From positions 57,288,001 to 57,352,000 of the forward strand of contig OX597827.1 in NCBI GenBank assembly GCA_951406725.2: a stretch of 64,000 bases of DNA, written 5' to 3'. Within the stretch, counting starts at the first letter, position 1. Every line of letters starts with the position of its first letter. The position numbers and the translations under genes are program-made. Source of the stretch: Octopus vulgaris (Eukaryota). The notes beneath the pieces were generated by a model that saw only the letters and a list, made by a program, of their open reading frames with translations, ran no database searches and was not told the origin of the DNA. Below are positions 12,412-27,159 of this stretch, piece by piece.

Positions 12412-12867
12412 TTAGCACTCAGTACTGCTACTGTATCTCTCCTTTAGAGAGATTTAGAGATTATAAAATAACTTATGACATTCTACTGATATCCTGATAG
12501 AAATGTAAGTCCGACGAAAATCCTAAACACGAAACGAAAGATCCTTTTGTAGTTATTGTTTTTACCCATCACGCTTCTTGGGTTTTTGTGTACCCTGGTC
12601 AGTTGTTGACCCACTGACACCATTTAAATTTCTATTGCATAATATATTTTATAGCAATCCCTGTACGTACATATACATGCATATTGTTGGTAAATATTTG
12701 TAAACAACTCAACGTAAACATATCAACAATTATATCCATTTCTTTACAAAGAATAGCTTCGATCTATAGACATCTTGGCTATAGGCCCCGTACACTTTCA
12801 CTGTGCCATTCTGATCAACGAGTAAATAATGTATTATTTTCTATTATAACCCTCTTCGCATCTCTCT

Positions 12868-13228
12868 TTTCTCTTTTACTTGTTTCAGTCATTTGACTGC
12901 AGCCATGCTGAAGCACCGCCTTTAGTCGAGCAAATCGACCACAGGACTTATTCTTTTGGAAGCCTAGTACTTATTCTATCGGTCTTTTTTGCCGAACCGC
13001 TAAGTAAATACGGGGACGTAAACACACCAGCATCGGTTGTCAAGCATATATATATATATATATATACGATGGGCTTCTTTCAGTTTCCGTCTACCAAATC
13101 CACTCACAAGGCTTTGGTAGGCCCGAGGCTATAGTAGAAGACACTTGCGCAAGGTGCCACGCAGTGGAACTGAACCCGGAACCATGCAGTTGGTAAGCAA
13201 GCTACTTACCACACAGCCACTCCTGCGT
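12868..13228 (-). mobile_element. SINE family A
   Basis: Reverse complement of family A head and tail. Confidence 0.88.
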
Positions 13229-13794
13229 TATATAGCCACTCCTATGTTATATACTTATTTATTTAATTACTTGCTGAGACGGCAAGCTGGCGGAATCGTT
13301 ATTGTACCAGATAAAATACTTCGTGGTATTTCGCTCAGCTCTTTATGTTCTGAGTTCACATGCCGTCGACATCAACTCTGTCTTTTATTAGTCCGGGCGT
13401 CAATAAAATAAGTACGAGCTGTGAACTATGTGCGATATAATCGACTAGACTGCCCCTTTAAAATTTCAGGTCTTTTGCTTACAGTAGAAACGATTATTTA
13501 TTTACTTATTAAAGCGGCAAGCTGGCCGAATCGTTACTGTGCTGGACAAAAACCTTAGCAGCATTTCGTCAGGCTCTTTATGTTCCGAGTTTAAATGCCG
13601 CCGAGGTCGACTTTGCCTTTTGAGCAAATCGGGGTCGATAAAATAAGTACTAGTGGAGAACTATGGGCAATGTAATCTATTATCTCCCTTCCTCAAAATT
13701 TCAGGCGTTGTGCCTGCCTATAGTAAAAAGAATGATTTATTGGACTCAGTCAAATATAGTAAATACGCCATACACTGCGATGTTTATTTACTGA

Positions 13795-14004
13795 AAGGCG
13801 ATAAGCGTAGCTGTGTGGTAAGAAGCTTGCTTCCCAAACACATGGTTCGGGGTTCAGTCCCACTGCGTGGCACTTTGGGCAAGTGTCTTCTACTATAGCC
13901 CCTGGCCGACCAAAGCCTTGTGAATTGATTTGAAAACTGAAAGAAGCCCATCGTATATATATATATGTCTGTGTGCGCGCGCGCGTGTGTGTGCGTGTGT
14001 GTGC

Positions 14005-14053
<49 letters not shown>

Positions 14054-14275
14054 TTTGTGTCTGTGTTTGTGTCTCCACCACTACCGCTTGACAACCGATG
14101 TTGGTGCATTTACGTCCCCGTAACCTGGCGGTTTGGCCATAGAGACCGATAGAATAAGTACCAGGCTTTGAAAATAAAAATAAGTGCTGGTGGGGGTTGA
14201 TACATTCGACTAAAAATCCTTCAAGGCGGTGTCCCAGCATGGCTGCAGTCTAATGACTGAAAGAAGTAAAAGATT
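13795..14275 (+). mobile_element. SINE family A
   Basis: Head, internal (TG)n and tail present. Confidence 0.85.
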
Positions 14276-14359
14276 TCCCTCTGCCGATACTCTGAGAGTC
14301 ACATCTGACCAACCAAGATCCAAGAATTGCAAACTTCTCTGGGTTTCTCTTCATTTCAG

Positions 14360-14492
14360 ACAAGCCAGAGAAGCAAGTCAATTCTTTGAATGTTTTCTCA
14401 GCGCAGCATAACAAATAAGCTTGTTAGTCAAAGAAATCCAGTTCACTTTCAAAATTAAATACAATTTTTATGTGTAAAGTACGGTTCATGAG
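14360..14492 (+). other. Candidate non-coding (5' UTR) exon
   Basis: Acceptor tttctcttcatttcAG and donor GAG|GTGAGA; stops in all three frames; lies upstream of the candidate start exon. Confidence 0.35.
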
Positions 14493-14619
14493 GTGAGACA
14501 ACTATATCCATCAAACTACAATGAAGTCGAGACAATTGTTGATTCAGTTTATAAATATAATTTGGTGAATATTTAAACTAACAATCAAAATCGCAATGCA
14601 CCTGTTGTTAAACACATAC

Positions 14620-15004
14620 TCTCTCTCGCTTTCTCTCTCTCGCTTTCTCTCTCTCTCTTTCTCCCCTCTCTTTCTCCCCCTCTCTTTCTCTCCCTCCTCT
14701 CTCTCTCTTTCTCTTTCTTTCTCCTTCTCTCTGCGTCTCTCTCTCTCTCTTCCACACACACTATATATATAGCTATCCGTTTATATATTTATCCATCCCA
14801 CTCGCTTTCTCTCTTTCCCTCTCTCTCCACACACACACTCTCTCTCTTTCTCTCTATCCTCTGGCTCTCTCTCTCTCTGTCTCTCCTCTGTCTCTCTCTC
14901 CTATGTCTCTCTCCTCTGTCTCTCTCTCTCCTCTGTCTATTTCTCTCTCTCTCTCTCTCTCTCTCTCCTATGTCTCTCTCCTCTGTCTCTCTCTTCTCTG
15001 TCTA

Positions 15005-15046
<42 letters not shown>

Positions 15047-15075
15047 TATCTGTCTCTTTCCGTGTCTATCTCTGT
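14620..15075. repeat. (CT)n-rich low-complexity tract
   Basis: Direct inspection. Confidence 0.9.
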
Positions 15076-15411
15076 ACCTGGAGGTTTTCTACTAAAAATC
15101 TATATTTTCATATTTAGAATGTATTTATGCATAGACTGTATGTGAGGCTGAAACCTTATATAGTTGCCGCCATTGTCAGTTTGTACATAAATTTTAATAA
15201 GAGTACGATTCCTTTCTTATCATATGATCATATTTATTTGTTTGTCTTTTATTAATTTATTTATTTATTCAAAATGTAATCCTATCATTTTATTTGTGTA
15301 TGTGCTTGTTTCATTGCAGAAATCCTATATTTCACATAAGGTGACAGGCCAAGTTATTATAAAGCCTTCTGTGTATTTTCTTACCAATCGAGACCAAAAA
15401 CAAGTGGTAAA

Positions 15412-15463
15412 ATGAAGCTTCTAACAGTTTTCGGATTCGTGTGTGGTTTGATCTTTGTGCAAG
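15412..15463 (+). CDS. Candidate first coding exon encoding a signal peptide MKLLTVFGFVCGLIFVQ(G); exon 15320-15463
   Basis: Acceptor tgtttcattgcAG at 15319, aaaATG context, basic N-region plus hydrophobic core, phase-1 donor AAG|GTAGGT. Confidence 0.5.
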
Positions 15464-15487
15464 GTAGGTAATTTATACATACATACA

Positions 15488-15572
<85 letters not shown>

Positions 15573-15576
<4 letters not shown>

Positions 15577-15722
15577 AAAGTTTACGAAAAAAAACAAAAG
15601 ACGAAGACAGGTGGTGTACAAAACAAACAGATATATTAGTATAACGCTCAGGAATAGAAAAAGTCTTTTATGTTTCGAGCCTACGCTCTTCTACAGAAAG
15701 ATACACAGAAAAAACAAGGAGA

Positions 15723-15725
<3 letters not shown>
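15573..15725 (-). mobile_element. Penelope-like terminal fragment in (TA)n with hammerhead-like motif
   Basis: tcttt CTGTAGA a gagc gtag gctc GAAAC ATA aaaga (15664-15701); both flanks are (TA)n. Confidence 0.6.
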
Positions 15726-15775
<50 letters not shown>

Positions 15776-16035
15776 GAACAGAAGAGTTGTCTATAAATGC
15801 TTATCAATATAGGATTCCATTACAGGGATAGCACTTCTGTGAAATGATCGTAAGATTCTTTAAAAACTTAATTCAAATCTTTTAAACTATCATATACATT
15901 ATATATTTATACTTATACATATTTACATATATTCATATATATTTATAGCTTTAATGCAACAATTATTTTAAACATGTATATATCTTTCTGAAGAATTTTC
16001 TAATATTGATTGCCTGATATTAATAATAATATATT

Positions 16036-16076
<41 letters not shown>

Positions 16077-16329
16077 TATCCGTACTTGATAACTAACGCT
16101 ATTTTTTTAAATGCGTCTTTCTTCCGTCAGTCCATATTTTCAATGTCCGTAAAAACAAAATGGGAATGCGATTGGCTCATATATATCCAGCCAGCAGACG
16201 TATATAAATATGATGTGTGCGTGTGTGTATGTGTATGCTCGTGTGTGTGTGTGCGTCTCTGTCTCTGTCTGTCTGTTACTCTCTCTCTCTCTGTATATAT
16301 ATATATATATATATTCACGCATATGCATA

Positions 16330-16390
<61 letters not shown>

Positions 16391-16393
<3 letters not shown>

Positions 16394-16652
16394 GAAATGA
16401 GGTAATCAGAAGATCGGATGGTTTATATTTACAGATATTTATTTATATATTACATTTTTTTCATATATATCATATCATTTAGATCATTAGCGCTTTCTCC
16501 CATTCTAGTGGGGTTTTTAAATTTGAAAACCCCACTAGAATGGGAGAAAGCGCTAATGATCTAAATGATATGATATATATGTAAAAAATGTAATATATAA
16601 ATAAATATCTGTAAATATAAACCATCCGATCTTCTGATTACCTCATTTCTTC
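16391..16652. repeat. Spacer-less palindrome, 131-bp arms
   Basis: Symmetry centre at 16521/16522; two mismatches seen. Confidence 0.92.
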
Positions 16653-16688
16653 CAATATATAATACCTGTACATCTCATCTCCAAACCT

Positions 16689-16728
<40 letters not shown>

Positions 16729-16776
16729 TATGCATATGCGTGAATATGTATATATATATGAATAGTAATATATACA

Positions 16777-16855
<79 letters not shown>

Positions 16856-16969
16856 GTATAAAAGCATTTTTGTTCCTGCAATAATTCTCTATAACGTGTG
16901 TTCTTTGGTCTTATGATTTCGCCGAACTATCAATTGCAACATGAGGGGTTGAGAGAGCGAGAGAGAAAG

Positions 16970-17032
<63 letters not shown>

Positions 17033-17689
17033 CAGACAGACAGAGAAAGTAAGAAAGAAAGGACGTGAAAAGAAAGAAGGAGCAATAAACCTTTGAAATT
17101 ATTCGTTTTATTAACACATGAAAGATAAAAAAGCGAACACGGAAACTTTTGCTCATTTTGTTTGAAGTGGAGAATAAGAGTTTTATGCGGACGTTCCTGA
17201 AATCATCAACAACATATTCCACTCAAAGTACTTCTCTACTTTATAACGTCTGCCACCCCTGTAGGCTCTGTGCGATCGTGCGCGTTTTTCTGTCACGTAT
17301 TTCGCCATGGAATATCAGCAAAGAGGCTGCAAAGAAAACCTATGAATATATCAATTGTTATTTTATATGAAGCATAAAACATTAAATAACTTAACGGAAG
17401 TTCGTATACGAAGTTCTGACCTGTATTATTTTAACCAACGCTTTTGACAATATAACTTGCGTGATATGGTTTTAAATAAAAAGTACAGAAACTGAGTCAA
17501 CAAGCTTCTTTATTTTATCAAATTTGCCATAAAGGCAGTACATAGAACAAGGTAGCTTGCGGGCTGGACACGGACATTAATGAGGTGGATGATAATGATA
17601 CAAGGATGATAAGGATGGGAGAAGACGAAAAGCGCCTGCCGACTTTTAATTTTCTAAAACTTTGTTCTTTTTTAAAAAATACTGAATGA

Positions 17690-18160
17690 AGTATTAACCC
17701 CCTCACAATTTTATAACACTTTATGGACTAAAAAGTCCATTACAATTAAAAACAATTACATAAATGAGTCTTTAATAAACTTTCTTGCCTCCTGCAGGCA
17801 TTCCAGCAGCCGCAAGTTGGAGGCCTTTACACAAGATCTGTACTCTTCCTTTGAGAAGGAGTCCATTATGTGATTGAGGTTCCTTTCTTCCAGTACCCGA
17901 GCAGCCATCTGCGGAGGCCACTCTGGAATACAAGTCGAGTCTATCAGGTCCCGACTATCAAAGGAACTTTCTATATAATTCTCTATAGCCCCTCCCCTGA
18001 GATAGAAGATCACATGTTCTTCAACATTTCCTCTGGGAGGGGCCTTCTTCTTCTCCCTCCCCCCCGCTCCGGTGGCTCACATTCCACCGAACGGGTTTCG
18101 TAACATGCCGCCGGTGCACCAGCAACCGCCGGCGATACCCCGTTTACAAGCTTCTTGTTG
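17690..18160 (-). pseudogene. Probable LINE ORF1 C-terminus / ORF2 start remnant
   Basis: GC-richer island; 85-aa ORF 17756-18013 extendable upstream across a frameshift; followed by IVRGL resembling the APE endonuclease NVRGL motif. Confidence 0.4.
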
Positions 18161-18555
18161 AAATCTTACCTCTACTTGACAGTGTGATGTGACTTCTTAC
18201 ATGAGTACTAGATTTAATATTTAATATTTACTCAAGGATTAATGAGATTATGTGGCCTTTACACATTTTACGCGTGTATTAGTGATAGGCGTGATGGAGG
18301 ATTGTTACACCTGCGAATTAACTGTGCTAGAGACTTATCCGCTAAGAACTTTACTGAATAAAATTAATCCCTTTTCGTTGGACGACAAGTTATTTGCGAC
18401 TCGACATATAAGTATGTGACGAAATGTAGTTTTTAAGGTCTTTAGGGAGTGACAAGAATTACTTTGGGGTTTCCTAGCTCTTATCTTTATTCTATGTTGT
18501 AAGCAAATAATGTTTTAGAGGAATGAAGGGATTTGGTAGGATACACATAGAACCT

Positions 18556-18730
18556 TACGAGGGAGTGCTGAAAAGTTCCTGGCTTTAAGAGTGTCACGAA
18601 ACGTCTGGTTGGAGGCCCAACCTTCTGAAGTCATATACAGAACTTTGAAAACTTGAAGGTCCTCTGCGATATGTGTGTGGATCTGAGAGAGAAATATGTT
18701 AAATAAAATCATAACTAACTGACCCTCCTA
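18556..18730 (+). mobile_element. Mariner-derived MITE remnant
   Basis: TAcgagggagtgctgaaaagttcctggct TIR-like start and a decayed transposase tail (gtgtggatctgagagagaaatatgtt). Confidence 0.6.
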
Positions 18731-19995
18731 TATTTTACTGAATAAAATTAATCACTTTTCGTTGGACAAGTTATTTGCAACTATATAATGAATAGAGAGT
18801 TAGGAATAATTATTCCTACCTGACCCACGAGTTCTAGTTTATGTTCTAATCCGACCTGCAACGCCAAACAAGTTTGGCATCTCTAGTCATGGTAAACACT
18901 CGATACTAGTAGGCATTACCTCCATCAAAATACAATCTATAATTGTCTCAAGAGAAAGGACGCATTGAATAAAATGATTGTGAGGGCACAGTGCTGAGAA
19001 AAAAAGACAATCACAGCTAGGATGCCTTCGATAAAAGTTTCGTTAGATCAAGGCTCACTTCGGGATAAACAACGATAAAATCATCTAAGTAACACATACC
19101 TTAATAATAATTTCCACAAGCAAACAACGGTACTTTTATGTGGTCGTTCAACACCCTATAAAAGGATTGAATTAGCATATTGGATGATATGGTCCTACAT
19201 ACACAGTGACTGGTCACAGCTAGAAAGACCAATGTAAGACCGTGTTGGAACGACTAAGTTGAAAGCCAGTAAAAAAAATTTCAAATTTTGGGACAGCGTC
19301 AGTAATTTCGGAGCTAAGTTGATTAAGTCGACCCCAGTGCTCAACTGGTACCTATTTTATCGATCCTGTAAGGATGAAAGGCAAAGTCGATCGCGGTTTA
19401 ATTCGAACCTAGAACATGAAATCGGACGAAATACCTATTTCTTTACTGCCCACAAGGGGCTACACACAGTGGGGACAAACAAGGACAAACTGGTACTTAT
19501 TTAATCTACCCCCGAAAGGATGAAAGGCAAAGTTGACCTCGGCGGAATTTGAACTCAGAACGTAGCGGCAGACGAAATACCACAAAGCTTTTTGCTCGAC
19601 GCGGTAACGATTCTGCCGGCTCGCCGCCGTTACGTGTGAGTACATATCGATTTCCAGTTTGGTGCGAATGTGTCCATGTGTGTGTGTGTTCTTGTGTTTA
19701 TACCCTACCACTCTTGATGAATTTTGTTGATTCGCTTACCCACCCGTATTTAAGCAGTTTGGCGGGAGAAATCGATAGAATGAGTACCTGGCTTTAATAA
19801 AAATGTCCTGGCATTGATTTGTTCAAATAAACTCTTGAAGGCGGCACCCCAGCATGACCACAGTTCAATGACTACAGGTAAAAAAGGAACAAAAAGGAAA
19901 GATATTGCCTGTATAAGTTTGTGTATGTGTGTGAGTGTGTGTGTATGAGAGAGGGAGACAGTGTGTGTGTGTGTGACAGAGAGAGAGAGAGAGAG

Positions 19996-20053
<58 letters not shown>

Positions 20054-20587
20054 CGAGAAAGAGAGAGACAGTGTGTATGTGTGTGAGTGTGTGTGAGTGA
20101 TGTGAGTGTTTGTGTATGAGAGAGAGAGAAACAATGTGTGTGTGTGTGTGTGTGTGCGTGGGTGTGTGAGTGTGTGTGTGTGAGAGAGAGTGAGTGTGTG
20201 GGGGGGTGCGCGCGTGCGTGCGTGCACTATTTAAATGGATGTGGGATGGGAAAAAGTCGATGTATTCTGATATATATTGGTTACTTTCCTTTATGCCCGA
20301 TTGACTTTGTCGATTGTCTTCCTTCGAGATCGATAATGACAGAAATCAATCATTAAATAGTATCTAATGTTATACACGTATCTATGTATCTGGTGTATCC
20401 CGTACAGTCTTACAAGCACTTATCTAATTACTTTAATGCCTATTAGGGGTTATTTGAGCTCCAGTGAGTGAAATACGAGTTACGACATGTTATTACATAA
20501 AAGCTGCGCCCTCCACCTTTAGGATACGGTTTCCATAAATCCCAACCCCCCAGACCCATACTTACAGTGTCTTTAACAACTTTGTTT

Positions 20588-20809
20588 ATTCGATCGATAG
20601 AATTGCAACGTTCCATAACCTATTGGGTCACAGAGGCAGGGCTTTCTTAACAAAAGCGCACTGGCAGAATCGTTAGAACGCCGGGCAAAATGCCTAGCCG
20701 CACTTCGTCCGAATTCATGTTCTGGGTTCAAATTCCACCGCCTCTGTTAAGACAGCCCTGCCTCTGTGACTCAATAGGTTATGGAACGTCGCAGTTCTAT
20801 CGATCGAAT
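20588..20809. repeat. ~70-bp inverted arms enclosing a SINE C 5' fragment
   Basis: 20588-20658 and 20739-20809 are reverse complements with about six differences. Confidence 0.85.
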
Positions 20810-21439
20810 GAACTTTGCCTTTCATCCTTTCGGGGTCGATAAAATAGGTACCAGTTGAGCACTGGGGTCGATGTAACCAACTTAGCTCCGAAGTTACTGA
20901 CAGTGTCTCGAAATTTGACATTTTTTTTTACTACCTTGAACATATTCGTTCCAACACTGTGTTTCATTGGTCTTTCTAGCTGTAACCATCCCGCTTTTTT
21001 TCCCCACATTGTGTATGTAGGACCATATTACCCAATACGCCCATTCAATTTTCGTGAGGTAGCTAGGAATTCATAACTGTCTAAACAGCGTTATAGGACC
21101 CCCTGGGACAAACAGTGCACCGGACCACTGCATATATAGATCAGAATTGGGTCCCTAAACCCGTGCTCCTCCGCCAGCTACTGCCCTGTATGCTCATCCC
21201 TTAAGATGGCTCTGCAGGGAGGCACCATTAGACTTCCTGTTTATATAGTATATCTAGAACAAATTAATAAAACATAGTTACATAAACAGTGTATACGCGT
21301 AGGAGCAGGAAATTACATTTCAGAGATAAGCCACCTTTGAAAAGCTACGTGTAGATTCGACTAGAACACGTTTGCTTAACTAAGTATTGACTAAGTATTA
21401 AATAACAACTAGCTACGAATTCGATCGACAAGCGTCTTT

Positions 21440-22140
21440 AATGGTTTCATGTTTTGGCACAAGGCCAGCAATAAATAAGGAGAGGCAGTGAATAAGTCGA
21501 TTACTTGACCCCTGTACTTGGCTGGTACGCTATCTTACCAATGCGGAAGGATGAAAGGCAAAATTGACTTCAGTGTGATTTGAATTCAGAAGGTAGGTGC
21601 ATCGGAAGAAATACCTATTTCTTTATTACCCACAAGGGGCTAAACACAGAGGAGACAAACAAGGACAAACAAGGACAGACAAACGGATTAAGTCGATTAC
21701 ATCGACCCCAGTGCGTAACTGGTACTTAATTTATCGACCCCGAAAGGATGAAAGGCAAAGTCGACCTTGGCGGATTTTAACTCAGAACGTAACGGCAGAC
21801 GAAATACAGCTACGCATTTCGCCCGGGGTGCTAACGCTTCTGCCAGCTCGCCGGAAGAAATACCGTTAAGCATATTGCTCGATGCAGTAACGATTCGACT
21901 AGCTCGCCGCTTTAAGCGTCTTCAATAATTCTTTCTACTATAGGCACAAGGCTGGAAATTTTGCAGAGGTGATGGAAGCTAGTCGATTACATAGACCCAG
22001 TACATAGCTGGTACTTATTTTATCGACTCTTAAAGGTTGAATGGCAACGTCAACCTCGGCGAGATTTGAACTCAGAACGTAAAGACGGACGAAATACCGC
22101 TTATCATTTTGTCCTACATGCAAACGATTCGACCCGTTCA
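21440..22140 (-). mobile_element. Cluster of SINE family C copies
   Basis: Three successive family C cores, including a nested young copy at ~21612-21853. Confidence 0.82.
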
Positions 22141-23042
22141 CCTCCAGCATCTTTAATTATACAGCGAAAGCATCGGTTAGAAGATGCGAACTGACGACCA
22201 GGTGTTTGGTTGTCTTATTACTCTATGCAGTTGGCTAATCGTAACTGTCACTACATAGGTTAATAGTGACAAATTCTATTTAACACAATGAAATCTAAGG
22301 ATTTGCTCGTTATCAATATTTTACAGGAAGTTCATCTGAATGTCAGTGATTTCCTTTTATCATTTACCACTTCTCTCTCTTTTTCTCTCTTTCTTTCATT
22401 TTCTAAATCATTTCTTTTTTAAATCGGTTTTCTTCTTGAAGACGTCATTTTCATCATTTCCTTTCTTCCTTCCTTCACTTCTACTTTCACTTTCTCTTTC
22501 AAACCTAATTTTTTTCTTCTCTCGTGTTCCTTTTCTACTCTCCCAACCTCTTTCCCTTTCTTTCTTGCACTCTCTCTCTCTCTCTCTCTCTCTCTCCCTT
22601 TCCCTCTCTTACTCTCTCCTACAATGAATCTATTTACTCACCTTTATTCACTCATTTTTATTTCTCAATTATCTTTCTTTCTCTTTCTTCAGAATTTCCT
22701 CATTCTCTCTCTTTTATTTTTCTATCTTCTAATTTTTCTCTTTATACACTGTCTTCTCCCTCTCTATATTTCTTCCTCCCCTCTCTCTGTCATACGTTTG
22801 TGTATGTTTGTGTGTGTGCGTACACACATGTGGCAGTATGTTAAAGACGTTTGCCTCCTAACTATATGGTTCCGGTTTCGGTTCCACTGCATGGCACCTT
22901 GGGCAAGTGTTTTCTGTCATAGCTTCGGGCCACTGGAAAGTGAAAGAAGCCTATCGTAAATATGTATGTATGTATGTATGTATGTACGTATGTACGTATG
23001 TACGTATGTATGTATGTATGTACGTATGTATATATATATATA

Positions 23043-23073
<31 letters not shown>

Positions 23074-23667
23074 GATGAGCTTCTTTCAGTTTCCGTCTAC
23101 CAAATCCACTCAGAAGGCTTTGGTCGACCCGAGGCTATAGTAGAAGACATTTGCCCATGGTACCACGCATTGGGACTGAACCCGGAACCATGTGGTTGGC
23201 AAGGAAGCTACTTACCTTACAGCCGTTCACTTCCCAGTAACTTAGCGGTACGACATTTGAGATCCCATACCAAGCTTTAAAAAAAATAAGCACTGGAGTT
23301 GATTCGTTTGACAAAAACTCAAAAGTTCAGTGCCCCAGTATGGCCGCAGTTCGATGACTGAAACAGATAAAACAAACAGAGATTATTCCATTCATTCATC
23401 CATTCATTCTTTGTTTCTTTCTTACTACTTCTCTCTCTCTCTCTTTGCTCAAACAATTATTCTATCCCCCCCACCACCACCACCACCACGCCCTATTTAC
23501 ATAAACCTCAATCACCGTCTCAACTTATTTACGAAACAACGGATCAGTTCAGTATTTGCTGTTTGCCGCCATAGTAGTGATTGTGACGAAATGGTGAAAC
23601 GAAACAATTATTTCGTCCGACGATGCTTACAACGATTTCCATTCCTCCATATTTACTTTTTTTCTTG

Positions 23668-24203
<536 letters not shown>

Positions 24204-24858
24204 GAATATATAAATAACACAATTCATGAACAAAGTGTAAAATGTCATTTATCCAGCCAACCTTTATCTCATCCAGCTACTGTCCATTCAACGAAAGGTC
24301 ATTATACACCATTCAACAGCAAGCCATTCACATCTTTCTTTACTCTCCCCATTTTTTTCTTTCTTTATCCTTTCCTTCTTTTTTTCTGCCTTTCTTTCTT
24401 TCTTTATCTTTCTTCTATTGTTTTCACATTCCTTTTTCATTTCACCTTGCAAATGTGTATGCGCGTATGCATGTATGGGTATTTGCTTTTAGTTTCGTGT
24501 GCGCATGCGTGCGTTTATTTGCTTGTTATGTTTGCATGTTTGTGTGTTTGAATGCGTGAGTTTTTTTTGTTTGTTTTTTTTTTACCTGTGAATCGGTGTG
24601 TCGATGTATGTTTGTATGCGTGTAGGTTCCCGTATTTACGTCTCTTTGTGCGCATGCACATGTATTTGTGTGTATTCACGTGTATTCACATGTATTTGTG
24701 GGTATACGTGTGTACGCTTGTGGTATGCACATTTGTGTGTATGTGTGTGCTTGTGTGTAATCACAGATATTTGTGTGCATTCGCGTGTGTGTATAGTTAT
24801 GCATATTTGTGCGTGTGAGCGAGCATCTATCTGTCTATCTATCTATCTAACTAACTAA

Positions 24859-25400
<542 letters not shown>

Positions 25401-26096
25401 TATATGTTTGTGTGTGTACAATCATATTCATATGTGTGTTTATGTGTGCATTCGTATGTGTGCGTTGTTGTGCATATTTGTGCGTGTGTGATCACACTCA
25501 CGCACACACACACTCTCACACACACATATGCCCATGTATATTCATACACGTGTATATGTGCATGCATGTGTGCATGCTTGCATATGCTGGTGTACATGCA
25601 CAAACACCTGTCTGTATGTGTGCATGTATTTGCATGTTCACATGCATATAAATAAATCTGTTTATTTGTTTATATGTGCACGTTGCCGTTCATACATGCG
25701 TGCATGTTTGCATATATATATATGCTTCTGTATGTTTGAAAGTTTTGTACGTGCCCTGTGCGAATGAGTGCGTTAAATATCTGTGACTGGGGTTATGTTT
25801 ATTCCGTAAGATCGAATATTGGAGAAACACGTTTGGCTGTGACGTTATCAATTTGCAATAGAATATCAAGAATCAAAAACGGTGAAGGGAAGGTGCTTAT
25901 TAATAGCAGCAGTCATAGTTTTGTTGTTGCTGGTTGGTTGGGGGGTGGTGAAATGGTGATGGTGACGGTGTTAGTGCTAACGCTATTAATGGTTTTCTCT
26001 TTTAAATGTGGCGATAGCTCATGTTGTAACTGTCAACATTTTTGTTTGTTTTATTTTGTTGTTGTTTTTTTTTTGGTGGGTGTTTTGCTGGAGATT

Positions 26097-26127
<31 letters not shown>

Positions 26128-26477
26128 TTTGTTCGAAAGTTTTGAGTTAATTAGTTATTACACCTACCCAACACCACTACCACCACCACCAACAACAACA
26201 TCAACAACTACAGCAACAACGTTACTACAAGAATATCACTAACCCAAGCGACTGAAATCACGAACACCTGAACGAACAACAACAATAACAACAACAACAA
26301 TCTCACTAATATCATTACACACAAACACCACGTAAAAATCAACATTAACTGCATCAACAACAATAACAACACGTTTATAATACTACCAGTACTAACACTC
26401 TGTCTACTACCACTGCTACCTTTGTCCGCAGTAAAATCAAAGAATCAAAGACAAATTCTACTACCAACACTTACACC

Positions 26478-26621
26478 AACACAAATACCTGTTCGAACAC
26501 TCGAACAAAGAACAACACAAACACTTATACGAATACTCGAACAAAGAACAACACAAACACCTATACGAAAACTCGAACAAAGAACAACACAAACACCTAT
26601 GCGAGTACTCGAACAAAGAAA
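26478..26621. repeat. 36-bp minisatellite, four units
   Basis: aacacaaacacctatacgaa(n)actcgaacaaagaac repeated four times. Confidence 0.9.
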
Positions 26622-27159
26622 AAACACCGAGAATATCAAAATTAACGGCGAAAACAATAGCAATAAATAACAATAGCCCTATCCCTGTCAATAACAACAC
26701 CATCAACGCCACCATCGACAAAAATAACAGCGACAACAATACGATTATCAACAACATTGATAACACCAATACCATCATGAACGGCTGTACCAACAATTAT
26801 ACCATCGCCATCAACAACGTCAACAACACGGACAAAACCTAGAAAGAAATTTAAAAGACATTACAGTTGAAAACTGTATTAATAGAGCCATTTATAAAAA
26901 GAACAGGTTTTATCAAGCCATTACTGAATAATATCGACCATGGAGGGTTAGGGTTGTAGTCAGTGAACCAAGAGGTTGGTCGTTCGTATTCTGGAATCTG
27001 CAGTTCACAGTAACCGTGGGCAAGACATTTAACTTATAAATTACATAAGATTGATCAACCACCTAGAAATAGGAAATAGTAACAAAATCTTACTCGAATC
27101 ATACCCTGAAACAGGAAGGATACATCTGTTTATGTGGTTCTAGATATAATTATAAAAGG

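Noticed and set aside
17149-17370. 73-aa ORF in phase with the signal-peptide exon
   Set aside because: Weak AAG acceptor and no recognisable protein features.
18350-18782. ~50-bp direct repeats as LTRs
   Set aside because: No TG...CA ends, PBS or PPT; better explained as a local duplication near a mariner remnant.
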